Shown here piece after piece: positions 52,345-61,914 of a DNA stretch of 64,000 nucleotides (position 1 is the stretch's first letter; each line of letters begins with the position of its first letter). A model generated the notes under the pieces. That model worked only from the letters and a program-made list of their open reading frames with translations, was not told the DNA's origin and did no database searches. Source of the DNA: Candidatus Firestoneibacteriota bacterium (GTDB lineage Bacteria > Oederibacteriota > D2-FULL-39-29 > JBBTED01); contig JBBTED010000072.1 of NCBI GenBank assembly GCA_038042445.1, positions 6,287-70,286 of the forward strand, given 5' to 3'. The translations under genes were made by a program, and so were the position numbers.

Positions 52345-52476
52345 ATAGGTGTAGTCTATACCATTATTACTCCTATTCTACACCTATTCTTATCCCCTTA
52401 ATTTTAATATATGTATCATATATTTCCTGTTTTGTCAAATAATATAGGTGTAATGTGTATTTATTTTACACCTATA
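52345..52476. promoter_or_regulatory. Two inverted repeats with the same core upstream of fic (putative operators)
   Basis: ataggtgtag...ctacacctat (52345-52387) and tataggtgtaa...ttacacctata (52443-52476). Confidence 0.55.
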
Positions 52477-52593
52477 CAAGACGATTAATTCTTTTGTGCT
52501 TTTACGTAATCCCAAATTTGTATTTGTCCAAACTTTCCAGTAAATTTATTGTCATCACACTATCCCATTTCTTTAATTAGTTGAAATAAGATT

Positions 52594-53772
52594 TTAATGC
52601 CCATGTGCAGCTAGTAATTCTATGGGATGTAGGACTTTTAGGTTTAATTTGGCGTTTGATATGCCGTGGATGAGCTGAATTCTGCAGGACGGACAGGAAG
52701 TTGCTACAATGTTTGCGTTGGTTTTTTTGATGTTTTCTATTTTTTTGGAAAGAATATTCATTGATAAGTTATAGTTTTCTATTACAAATGAACCTGCCAT
52801 ACCACAGCATACATCTGCGCCTTCCATTTCAATAAGATTCATATTTAAAATATCGCGCAGAACAAAACGTGGAGCTTCTTTTATGCCCTGAACACGAACT
52901 GCATGGCAAGGATCATGATAAGTTACACTATCTTTTATAGGTTTAACTATATTCATATCATTTTTTGCCACTTCCCATATAAACTGATTAATCTCATAAA
53001 CATTATTTTTTATTTCTTTAATAGCAGAACTACAACTTGTGCAATCAGTAATTATTGCATCTAAGTTGCCCGCTGATTTAAAAATTTCAAGATTATGTTC
53101 TTTCAGTTTTTCATAAGTATTTTTATCTCCGTATTCTAAATGTGGAACACCACAACATTTGCAATTTTTTAAAATAACGACTTCACAACCTAATTGTGCT
53201 AAAACTTTTAATGACGCCAAGCTTACAGATTGAAAAAGTAAATTATTTGCACATCCAAGAAAATATCCAACTCTATATTTTTGCTTGCCCTTAGCAGGAA
53301 GCACATCTGGCAATTGATGTCTTAATGGCTTTAATGGAATTTCAGGCAATAGAGAAACTTTTTTACCAAAAACAATTTTAGACAATGAATTAAGTTTTAA
53401 TTTTTGTGTAAGCCAAAGCAAAGAAACCGGCTTTTCTAGATTATCAGGTGAAAATAAAAGCCATTGCAGTATTATTTTTTTAATTATATGGACACCTTTT
53501 GATTTTACAATTAACTCACGTGCAGCAAGTATGTGGTCATTTATTTTAATCCCTGCAGGGCAATTTGTAGCACAAGCTTTGCAATCTAAACACAGATAAA
53601 TATATTTTTCGAATTGTTTTGAAAAACTTGAAATATTCCCCTGCAAAACTTCTTTTATTAAATGTAATCTGCCTCTGGCAACTGCCGGCTCAAAATTCAA
53701 TTCAGTATAAATCGGGCATACATCCTGACAAAACCCACATCTTCTGCATTTTTGTAGTTCAGTTATATCCAT
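52594..53772 (-). CDS. glcF: GlcF-like Fe-S/CCG oxidoreductase subunit
   Basis: CxxCxxCxxxCP twice, CCG domains, YHDPCH. Confidence 0.85.
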   Translation of the reverse strand: MDITELQKCRRCGFCQDVCPIYTELNFEPAVARGRLHLIKEVLQGNISSFSKQFEKYIYLCLDCKACATNCPAGIKINDHILAARELIVKSKGVHIIKKIILQWLLFSPDNLEKPVSLLWLTQKLKLNSLSKIVFGKKVSLLPEIPLKPLRHQLPDVLPAKGKQKYRVGYFLGCANNLLFQSVSLASLKVLAQLGCEVVILKNCKCCGVPHLEYGDKNTYEKLKEHNLEIFKSAGNLDAIITDCTSCSSAIKEIKNNVYEINQFIWEVAKNDMNIVKPIKDSVTYHDPCHAVRVQGIKEAPRFVLRDILNMNLIEMEGADVCCGMAGSFVIENYNLSMNILSKKIENIKKTNANIVATSCPSCRIQLIHGISNAKLNLKVLHPIELLAAHGH

Positions 53773-53817
53773 AATAGTTTAATGTTCTTAGAGATTATTG
53801 CTCCTTAAATCATTTCG

Positions 53818-53944
53818 GTACGAGCTTATACCAAAAGTGTCATTCTGAGGCAATAGCCGAAGAATCTCGCTTTAAAGTCTTTTAAAAACGAGATCCTTCA
53901 TTTTGTTCAGGATGACAAAATAGAGTTTTGCCACAGACTCGTAC
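53818..53944. mobile_element. MITE-like element: outer IRs enclosing a TGTCAT-type doublet
   Basis: gtacgagcttataccaaaa ... ttttgccacagactcgtac around tgtcattctgagg...gaatctcg / cgagatcc...caggatgaca. Confidence 0.65.
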
Positions 53945-53958
53945 AAAACTCTCATACA

Positions 53959-55320
53959 TTAAAATATTTTTCCGGGGTTTAAAATTTTATTAGGGTCCAA
54001 AGTGTCTTTAATTTGCTTCATTAAATTTATTTCTTCTTGCTTAAATTCAAGATTCAAAAATCTGGATTTTAATTTTCCTATGCCATGTTCACCTGTAATT
54101 GTTCCACCAAGAGAAATTGCAAGTTTAAACATTTCTTCTATTGCATTTTCCAAATTTTCATTGTTTTCATCTGCAAGCAAATTAGGATGTAAATTTCCAT
54201 CTCCTGCATGGCCAAAAGTTGCAATTGGAATTTTGTATTTTTTAGAAATCTCTTTAATTCCTTTCATAACTTCCACAAGTTTTGTTCGTGGAACAACTAT
54301 ATCTTCAGATATTACAACAGGCTTTGCTCTTGAAAGTGACGGATAAGCTGACCTTCTTGCTTCCCATAAAGCTTCTGACTCAATATTGTTTTTAGCAGCT
54401 CGGACACCTTTGCCATTGCATTTTTTGCATACTTCTTCTATAAATCTCACTTCTTTGGCAACAAGTTCTTCATCTCCATCTACTTCTATAAGCAACAAGG
54501 CTTCTACATCTAATGGCAAACCAAGATGTTTATAATCTTCAACTGTTTTGATTGTTAAATCATCCATTATCTCAAGTGTAGAAGGAACTATACCTAATGA
54601 CACAATTGTGCTGACTGTTTTCATTGCATCTTCCAATTTCAAAAATGATGAAATAATAGTGCGTTTTGATTTAGGCAAAGGAATTAATTTTAATATTATT
54701 TCAGTAATTATACCTAAAGTTCCTTCTGAACCTACAAACAATTGTGTAAGATTATATCCACTTACATTTTTCATTGTTTTACCACCGGTTTTTATTATAT
54801 CTCCATTTGCCAACACCACAGTCAAACCAAGCACATAATCTTTTGTTACACCATATTTAAAACAATGAGGTCCACCTGCATTTTCTGCCACATTACCGCC
54901 TATAGTAGAAACTTTCATTGACCCAGGGTCTGGTGGATAAAATAAATCAAATTTCCCAGCTTCTTTATGTAAAGAAAATGTTATTACCCCTGCCTGAACT
55001 ATTGCAGTTAAATTAGGCCTATCAAGCTCAATTATTTTTCTCATTCGCTCAGTTGAAATCACAACACAATCTTTTACAGGAACAGTAGCACCGCACAAAT
55101 TTGTCCCGGCACCACGCGGAATAATAGAAATATTTTTCTGAGATATTATTTTTACAATTTTGGAAACTTCTTCAGTTGTACCAGGCCTCACCACCATAAC
55201 AGGAGAAATACTTTCCACCCCAGAATCATAAGAATAACAAGCAAGTTCTTCAGGCAAAGTATGCACAAATTCCCTACCCACTATTTTTTTTATTTCATTT
55301 ATAAAATTTTTATCTATCAT
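53959..55320 (-). CDS. glcD: GlcD-like FAD-linked oxidase subunit
   Basis: PRGAGT, YPPDPGS, GGNVAENAGG, GSEGTLG, GHAGDGNLH, GEHGIG; likely start MIDK at 55320. Confidence 0.9.
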   Translation of the reverse strand: MIDKNFINEIKKIVGREFVHTLPEELACYSYDSGVESISPVMVVRPGTTEEVSKIVKIISQKNISIIPRGAGTNLCGATVPVKDCVVISTERMRKIIELDRPNLTAIVQAGVITFSLHKEAGKFDLFYPPDPGSMKVSTIGGNVAENAGGPHCFKYGVTKDYVLGLTVVLANGDIIKTGGKTMKNVSGYNLTQLFVGSEGTLGIITEIILKLIPLPKSKRTIISSFLKLEDAMKTVSTIVSLGIVPSTLEIMDDLTIKTVEDYKHLGLPLDVEALLLIEVDGDEELVAKEVRFIEEVCKKCNGKGVRAAKNNIESEALWEARRSAYPSLSRAKPVVISEDIVVPRTKLVEVMKGIKEISKKYKIPIATFGHAGDGNLHPNLLADENNENLENAIEEMFKLAISLGGTITGEHGIGKLKSRFLNLEFKQEEINLMKQIKDTLDPNKILNPGKIF

Positions 55321-55535
55321 CGTATTTTCATTGCACAATTTTAATTTATTTCTTCTTATGTCATAAATTGAGTTTTAATTTATAATGTTCATTTTATCAT
55401 ACTTGCATTTTAAAACAATACCTTTAAAATTGTAAGGTTATTTATTTTTAGGTATTTCTTTCTTCATAACAAAAAAATAATATCATTTTTCTTCTTTCAT
55501 CTAAAGAAGAAAATAGTCTAAAGTTTTTGCACAAA

Positions 55536-55599
55536 TTTGCTGGAGACATAGAAACCAAATAAACGCCTACACTTATAAGTACTATTCCCAACAATTTAA
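55536..55599 (-). repeat. 64 bp direct-repeat copy of the DMT gene 3' end (56446-56509)
   Basis: 59/64 identical. Confidence 0.9.
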
Positions 55600-55680
55600 C
55601 AAACTCAGGGGTTTTTAATGACAACAGTTTTTCGCCACTTTTAAAAATCCTCTGAATCGCTTTGTTGACAGCTTTTTGTT

Positions 55681-55959
55681 TTAGCTTTTTATTTCTGTTA
55701 GTTTTCCATTAATAAATTTATGAATTATGCTAGAAACATATGTCTGATAGGGAAAACCTTCACTTACTGCTCTCCTTTGCAATTCATTTAAGTCTCTTTC
55801 AGAAATTCTTATATTTAATCTTTTGTCTTTCTTTAAAGTATTTTTTGCATACATTATAAGTTCTTCTTTTCTTTTTGAAAAGTTTTTTACCGGAATCCAT
55901 TCGTCTTTTTCAAAACTTTCCAATATTTCTTGTTCTTCTTTGGTTAATTTAGTTTTCAT
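55681..55959 (-). CDS. CopG-like antitoxin
   Basis: KDKRLNIRISERDL...EGFPYQTYVSSIIHK. Confidence 0.85.
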   Translation of the reverse strand: MKTKLTKEEQEILESFEKDEWIPVKNFSKRKEELIMYAKNTLKKDKRLNIRISERDLNELQRRAVSEGFPYQTYVSSIIHKFINGKLTEIKS

Positions 55960-56234
55960 GTTTTTCCTCCTAAATAAATTTTTGTTGCTTTTCTGCTAGG
56001 AATAATGGTTTTCAAAAATATCTCATTCTCATCCTCAATATAAGGAACAAGATATGCATAATTATTAATTCCAATTACCATTACTCGTTGTCCTAAATAT
56101 CTTTTTTGATTTGGATGTTGATAATCATCTAATGTTATACCTTTTTCAATATAATAAACTATATCCTCAAAACAAACACCTCTTAATTCTTTAAGTTTAT
56201 AACTCTTTTCTGTATTCCAATTTATATGTTTCAT
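55956..56234 (-). CDS. BrnT-like toxin
   Basis: WNTEKS..LK..RGVCFEDI, HPN...Y..Q, YLVPY, FLKTIIPSRKATK. Confidence 0.85.
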   Translation of the reverse strand: MKHINWNTEKSYKLKELRGVCFEDIVYYIEKGITLDDYQHPNQKRYLGQRVMVIGINNYAYLVPYIEDENEIFLKTIIPSRKATKIYLGGKT

Positions 56235-56337
56235 CTGCAATAAAATAACACATTGTGTGCATTTTGGCAACAAAAATAAAATGTAACAGTTTAGCGGTTA
56301 TAAGAATTATAAATACATTGGAATGTACTGTGTTTTT

Positions 56338-56393
56338 GTAGCGGCAGAGCGAAGCTCTGTTTAAGACAAGCAAAACTAACGCTTTGCAGCTAC
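56338..56393. repeat. GTAG-type REP doublet
   Basis: gtagcggcagagcgaagctctg ... gcaaaactaacgctttgcagctac. Confidence 0.7.
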
Positions 56394-56441
56394 ATTCTTT
56401 TATAGAAATTTACTTTCGATGGCTAAATTATTACAATAATT

Positions 56442-56816
56442 TTACTTTGCTGGAGACATTGAAACCAGATAAACGCCTATGCTTATAAGTACTATTCCCA
56501 GCAATTTAAATGGTGTTATTGCTTCTTTAAAAACCAGCCATGAAACAAATAAAATTATTACATAACTCGATGCCATAAAACTGTTTGCTATTCCAAGAGG
56601 TATTCTTGAAACAACTGCAAGCCAGAACACACCAAACAGCAATCCCATAAATAGTCCAATTAGAACATATATATTTGATAAAACTTTTCCTGCTTCGCTA
56701 AATAAATTTCCGTATTTTAATGATATTTCTCCAATTTGAAGCAACCCATAACGCAAAGCAACCTGACCTATTACAACAGATGCAACACAAAGAGCTACTG
56801 CTAAAAATGAATTCAT
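56442..56816 (-). CDS. Small DMT/EamA (ArnE/F-like) membrane transporter
   Basis: GQV.L.YG, four TM segments, FKEAIT..KLLGIVLI; AGGAGG RBS. Confidence 0.85.
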   Translation of the reverse strand: MNSFLAVALCVASVVIGQVALRYGLLQIGEISLKYGNLFSEAGKVLSNIYVLIGLFMGLLFGVFWLAVVSRIPLGIANSFMASSYVIILFVSWLVFKEAITPFKLLGIVLISIGVYLVSMSPAK

Positions 56817-56997
56817 CTTTTCCTCCTTTTGTTAAAAATTATTTTTTGGAATATGGTTTTAAATGCCATATATTGGCATTATTATATATTAATGATTTTT
56901 AAAAAACAAGAAATATGGGATGTAAAATTCCCCCTTAATCCCCCTTTAATAAAGGGGGCAAGTAAGAAGAAAGGAGAGAAAAATACTTATTTTAATC

Positions 56998-58809
56998 TTA
57001 CTGTTTAGTGGTGTGGTCTTCTATGGCTTTTAAGAATATTGGACCGTATTCTTTTAGTTTAGTCTCTCCGATTCCGAATATTAAAGACATATCTTCATTG
57101 TTTTTGGGCTTTTTTTCTGCCATTTCTCTGAGAGTCTTATCGGAAAATACTATATATGCCGGCATATTTTTTCTGTCAGCTATAGTCTTTCGAAGAAGCC
57201 TAAGTGTCTCAAAAAGATTTTTGTCAACATTGATATATTCTGATTTTAAAGTACTTCTTTGTTTCTTTTTAATCTCGGCTTTTTTCTTTCTGTCTATTAC
57301 TCTTGTTAATTTCGGTTTTAAATCTCCAAAAAGTATTTTCTTGCCGTCATCTGTTACAGAAAGAGTTAAATAGTCTCCTGTTCTTTTTAAATACCTTTGT
57401 GCAATAAGCTGGTCAATCATAGAACGAATTGCGCGCTTTGTTTCACCACTCATTACACCAAATGATGACATTGCATTATGCCCCCATCTCGAAATATTAT
57501 CAGTAAGATTGCCAATGAGAATATTAGAAATATGCTCAGCACCGAATCGCTCTTTAACACCGGATACGCATATAATAATATTTTTTGCAAATTCCACTGA
57601 CTCATCAATACTACTTATTTCATTAAGACAAAAATCACAAAATCCGCAGTTTGCTTTAAGATAACTTTGTCCAAAATACTCAGATAAGAATGAATGTCTA
57701 CATACAGGAACCGAACAAAAATTATATATCTCCCCTAATTTCTTATGCGAGCTATTACCGGACATTGACTTTTGAAATATATATTCCCATATCCTAAAAT
57801 CTGCCCCGGAATAAAACAAATAACAGTATGACGGCAACCCATCTCTTCCTGCACGTCCTGTTTCCTGTTGGTAATGTTCTACTGATTTTGGCATAGCTGA
57901 ATGTATAATAAAACGAATGTTTGATCTATCAATCCCCATTCCAAATGCGATTGTTGCAGTAATAATATTTACCTTTTCCGTTGCAAACATATCCTGATTT
58001 TTCTTTCTTTCCTCATCGCTAAGCCCAGCATGATAAGGAAGATTAGCATACCCGTCTTCATTAAGAGCCTTTGATATTTCATCTACATCAGTACGTTTAA
58101 GACAATAAATTATTCCCGCCTGATTATTATGCAATTTTAAAGTATCAATTATTTGTTTATACCCATCCCCATTTCTTTCCGATAATCTGTATGTAAGATT
58201 GGGCCTGTCAATTTTTCCAACATAGACATGCGGCTGAGCAAGTTTTAGTTGTGCCAATATATCATTTTTAACTTCTTCGGTTGCTGTAGCAGTAAAAGCA
58301 TGAATGTTTATTCCAGAAAATTTATTTTTAATCATACTTAACTGCCTGTATTCCGCCCTAAAATCATGCCCCCACTGGCTTATACAATGAGCCTCATCTA
58401 TCACAAAATACGATGTCTTGATAGATTTCAAAAGGTTCATCATAAATTCTGTCATAAGTTTTTCGGGAGAAATATAAAGAAGCTGGACATTACCTGTTTT
58501 AATTTTCTCAATAACTTCACGCCCTTTTACCATAGTCAATGCTGAATTTAAACATTCTGCTTCAACACCAATATCTTTAAGAAAATCCACCTGGTCCTTC
58601 ATCAAAGATATAAGAGGAGATATTACTACAGCCGTGCCGTCAAGTATTAAAGCAGGAATTTGAAAACACACTGATTTTCCTCCTCCTGTAGGAAGAATTG
58701 TAAGTGTGTCATTGGATTCCAATATTGACATTATCGCCTCTTCCTGAAATTCCCGAAAGGAATTATAACCCCAATATTTATTTAATATTTCAAGTATTTT
58801 TTCTTTCAT
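56998..58809 (-). CDS. recQ: DNA helicase RecQ
   Basis: PTGGGKS, DEAHCISQWGHDFR, QETGRAGRDG, RQC and HRDC; start at 58809 because upstream codons come from a repeat. Confidence 0.96.
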   Translation of the reverse strand: MKEKILEILNKYWGYNSFREFQEEAIMSILESNDTLTILPTGGGKSVCFQIPALILDGTAVVISPLISLMKDQVDFLKDIGVEAECLNSALTMVKGREVIEKIKTGNVQLLYISPEKLMTEFMMNLLKSIKTSYFVIDEAHCISQWGHDFRAEYRQLSMIKNKFSGINIHAFTATATEEVKNDILAQLKLAQPHVYVGKIDRPNLTYRLSERNGDGYKQIIDTLKLHNNQAGIIYCLKRTDVDEISKALNEDGYANLPYHAGLSDEERKKNQDMFATEKVNIITATIAFGMGIDRSNIRFIIHSAMPKSVEHYQQETGRAGRDGLPSYCYLFYSGADFRIWEYIFQKSMSGNSSHKKLGEIYNFCSVPVCRHSFLSEYFGQSYLKANCGFCDFCLNEISSIDESVEFAKNIIICVSGVKERFGAEHISNILIGNLTDNISRWGHNAMSSFGVMSGETKRAIRSMIDQLIAQRYLKRTGDYLTLSVTDDGKKILFGDLKPKLTRVIDRKKKAEIKKKQRSTLKSEYINVDKNLFETLRLLRKTIADRKNMPAYIVFSDKTLREMAEKKPKNNEDMSLIFGIGETKLKEYGPIFLKAIEDHTTKQ

Positions 58810-58833
58810 CGGAAGATATTTTTTCTTGTTTTT

Positions 58834-58884
58834 GTAGAGACAGGCTTGCCTGTCCATTTATTGGGCGGGTAAACCCGCCCCTAC
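58834..58884. repeat. GTAG-type REP doublet overlapping the ligase stop codon
   Basis: gtagagacaggcttgcctgtc ... gggcgggtaaacccgcccctac. Confidence 0.8.
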
Positions 58885-60605
58885 GCTTGTTTTCCTTGTA
58901 ATTTGTATAATTTTATAATTTCCTGGACTGTAGTGGCGTCTTTTGGGTCCTTATCACGCCTTATAAATGTTACAATTCTTGGGAAACGCAAGGCATAACC
59001 TGAACCATCGCCCTCTTTTCCACAGGTATGAACAGGACTTCTGGTAATTTCATCTGCCTGAACTTCTACTACATATTTGGGATAAACCCATACATCTGGT
59101 TCAATTTCTGAAATAATCTGTTTGTCTTTTTCTTTAGTTTTAATTTTTCCCAGCATAGCAAATAAATCAATCCATTCCTCTTCAGTTAAACCTGAACCTA
59201 TTTTCGCAATGGTTTTAAAATTATCTTCTTTACTGTCATAAACTGCAGTTAAAACAGAGCCTATTCCGAATTTTGCTCTGTGTCCCTGCCCTACTAAATA
59301 TCCCACTATAATACAATCCACTGTATCAGCAAGTTTAACCTGATAACTACGTTTGAGTTTTATCCAATTAAAATTTCTCCCTCCTGCCTTATATGATGAA
59401 TCAAGTCTTTTTGCTACTATCCCTTCTAACCCACGAGTTATAGCATCGTCAAAAATTTTAGCTAATTTATCAGGAGTATCTACTATTTGTGTTTCTGACT
59501 CTTTTAAGATTTCACCTTTGCCCAATATTTCTTTTAATTTTTCTCTTCTTTCGACATAAGATAGCCCTGTTAAATCTTCATCATCTGCATAAAGCAAATC
59601 AAATATAAAAAGCTGTAAGGGATATTGCACCATTTTTTCTGCTATATCATATTTTCTTTTTCTTTTGACAGTAACCTGAAACGGCAGACATTCCCCAGTT
59701 TCAGGATCATACGAAAGTGCTTCGCCTTCAAATATTGCAGTTTTGACTTTTACTTGTTTTAAAACAGCGCTAACTATATCAGGAAACATTTTTGTGTTAT
59801 TTTCAAGATTTCTGGAAAATATTTGGACGTCGTTTTTGTTTTTATGAACCTGACATCTAAATCCATCATACTTTGGTTCTACTGCACAGGTTCCGATTTT
59901 TTTTATGATATCCTCAGGTGAAGAAAGTCTTTCAGCTAAAGCAGGCCTTATTGGATGGCCTACAATAATTTTAAATTTTTCAATTTTTTCTTTTCCTTCT
60001 ATAAATAATGTCTTTGCAACTAACCCTAAATCTGAACATCTATTATATGCCTGCTCTAATTCTTTTCTTATACTTTTATCACCAGTATGCGCAAAAGATA
60101 AAGCATCAAGAATTGTAGGGTCTCCTATTCCAAGCCTTAATGTAGCAAGTGGTATTCTAACTGCATATCGGACACCATTTTTACCTATGTCTTTAAACAG
60201 CTGCGCCAAGATTTCTGTTTTTTCTTTTACTACTCCATCTCCGCTTATAGAAGTTAAAACATAAAGTTTTTCATAAACATCTTTTATAGTCAAATTTTTA
60301 CTGCTTTCTAATGCCAATTCTTCTGCAGCTAATCCATAATCTCCAAGTTTTTGAAAAAGTGTCCGAATTTTTTCTTCTGATTTATCATACGCAAGAGAAA
60401 TTGCTTTTTCAGTTAATTTTTCATTTATCCCAAATTCAACTTTCTCAAATGCAGGCCTTAATTTTTCCTGACAGAAATACACGATTTTATCAAGCTCATC
60501 TAATGAGCATTCTTTAAAAAGTCTGGATAAAATCTCCACCATCTCATTGCGTTTAGGTGTTAATTCTATTTTTTCAAAATATTGAGCTAATTTAGAAAAT
60601 TTCAT
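58881..60605 (-). CDS. ATP-dependent DNA ligase (archaeal/eukaryotic ligase I-like, with DBD)
   Basis: LRLG, PALAERL, EPKYDG, EGE, FDLL, GLEGIVAK, WIKLK, ALRFPR. Confidence 0.92.
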   Translation of the reverse strand: MKFSKLAQYFEKIELTPKRNEMVEILSRLFKECSLDELDKIVYFCQEKLRPAFEKVEFGINEKLTEKAISLAYDKSEEKIRTLFQKLGDYGLAAEELALESSKNLTIKDVYEKLYVLTSISGDGVVKEKTEILAQLFKDIGKNGVRYAVRIPLATLRLGIGDPTILDALSFAHTGDKSIRKELEQAYNRCSDLGLVAKTLFIEGKEKIEKFKIIVGHPIRPALAERLSSPEDIIKKIGTCAVEPKYDGFRCQVHKNKNDVQIFSRNLENNTKMFPDIVSAVLKQVKVKTAIFEGEALSYDPETGECLPFQVTVKRKRKYDIAEKMVQYPLQLFIFDLLYADDEDLTGLSYVERREKLKEILGKGEILKESETQIVDTPDKLAKIFDDAITRGLEGIVAKRLDSSYKAGGRNFNWIKLKRSYQVKLADTVDCIIVGYLVGQGHRAKFGIGSVLTAVYDSKEDNFKTIAKIGSGLTEEEWIDLFAMLGKIKTKEKDKQIISEIEPDVWVYPKYVVEVQADEITRSPVHTCGKEGDGSGYALRFPRIVTFIRRDKDPKDATTVQEIIKLYKLQGKQA

Positions 60606-60625
60606 GTTTTGTATTTTTTGTAGTG

Positions 60626-60682
60626 GTAGTCGCAAGCTTTAGCTTGCGGTATTGTTTTTCGCAGGCTAAAGCCTGCGGCTAC
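60626..60682. repeat. GTAG-type REP doublet
   Basis: gtagtcgcaagctttagcttgcg ... cgcaggctaaagcctgcggctac. Confidence 0.85.
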
Positions 60683-60713
60683 CATTATGACACAGTCTAA
60701 ATGTCACAATTTT

Positions 60714-61427
60714 TTATCGCACGAGTTTCAACATTCCTCTCACTGCTTTATCTAACCCCACTAATGAAGCACACGCTATAATACTATGGCCAATACTGAA
60801 TTCCTCTATTTCTTTTATTTTCGCAACTCTTGCTGTATTTTTATAATTTAGACCATGCCCTGCATTTACTCCTAATTTTAATTTTTTTGCGAAAACTGCG
60901 GATTTTTTTATCTTGTAGTATTCAATATTTTCTTCTTTTTTAGTTTTAGCATCTGCATATTTGCCTGTGTGTATTTCAATAAAATCTGCACCTAATTGAG
61001 ATGCGAACTTTATCTGTTTTAAATCAGGATCAACAAACAAACTAACTTTTATTTTATTTTTTTGAAAATTTTTGATAACTGGTAATAAAGTTTTATAATT
61101 TTTAATTACATCAAGCCCGCCTTCTGTTGTTAATTCCTGTCTTTTTTCCGGAACTAAAGTTACCCAGTTTGGCTTTATCTCAAGTGCTATATTTATAATT
61201 TCATCAACTGCAGCCATTTCAAGATTTAATTTTGTCTTAACTATTTCAGAAATTAATTGGACATCTCTGTCTTGTATATGTCTCCTGTCTTCTCTCAAGT
61301 GAATTGTTATTCCATCTGCACCTGCAAGCTCCACAATAATAGCTGCAAATACAGGATCTGGCTCTATTCCACCTCTTGCCTGCCTTATAGTTGCAATATG
61401 ATCTATATTAACATTTAGTTTTGCCAT
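60714..61427 (-). CDS. pdxJ: Pyridoxine 5'-phosphate synthase
   Basis: NIDHIATIRQAR, HLREDRRHI, TTEGGLD, NAGHGL. Confidence 0.96.
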   Translation of the reverse strand: MAKLNVNIDHIATIRQARGGIEPDPVFAAIIVELAGADGITIHLREDRRHIQDRDVQLISEIVKTKLNLEMAAVDEIINIALEIKPNWVTLVPEKRQELTTEGGLDVIKNYKTLLPVIKNFQKNKIKVSLFVDPDLKQIKFASQLGADFIEIHTGKYADAKTKKEENIEYYKIKKSAVFAKKLKLGVNAGHGLNYKNTARVAKIKEIEEFSIGHSIIACASLVGLDKAVRGMLKLVR

Positions 61428-61446
61428 TTAAAGTAAATTCTTAATT

Positions 61447-61489
61447 GTAGTCGCTGATTTATCAGCAATGCCCATAAATGGGCAACTAC
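61447..61489. repeat. GTAG-type REP doublet
   Basis: gtagtcgctgatttatcagc-aat-gcccataaatgggcaactac. Confidence 0.8.
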
Positions 61490-61503
61490 AAATAATTATA
61501 TTT

Positions 61504-61914
61504 TTATTTAACCAAATCGATATTTATAGTTATTTTTTTGGGATTTATTCCTGTAACTTTAACACCCTGTGGTACTAATATATCAGATGATGTAAGTTCA
61601 TACACATTTCTACCACGTTGTACAAACTTTAAATCCAGATGTGCTTTTATTTCACTAACACGCAATGATTTCACAACATCATGCTGACCATTTAATCGCA
61701 CTGTAACAGTTGTAACCACATCACCTGTTATAATATAATTTGTCGGAATATTATGTATTTCCAGTGGCACTTCAAATACAACATCTGAAGTATTAAGACC
61801 TGTAGCATAAAGCCACAATATTAATGCAATACAAACTGAAAATATTTTTAATCCAAAATCAGTTCTTAACCATAACCTTACACTTCTAAAAATTTTTACT
61901 ATAGTATTTATCAT
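61504..61914 (-). CDS. CdaR/YbbR-like regulator (single YbbR domain)
   Basis: LKIFSV.IAL.LW TM, YbbR-type strands; follows cdaA. Confidence 0.8.
   Translation of the reverse strand: MINTIVKIFRSVRLWLRTDFGLKIFSVCIALILWLYATGLNTSDVVFEVPLEIHNIPTNYIITGDVVTTVTVRLNGQHDVVKSLRVSEIKAHLDLKFVQRGRNVYELTSSDILVPQGVKVTGINPKKITINIDLVK

Noticed and set aside
52486..52590. Possible gene remnant LFQLIKEMG*CDDNKFTGKFGQIQIWDYVKAQKN* on minus
   Set aside because: No recognisable family; cannot be distinguished from chance
55536..56509. Repeat pair as a DGR template/variable region
   Set aside because: No reverse transcriptase in the window; mismatches are not at coding-sense adenines and are mostly synonymous
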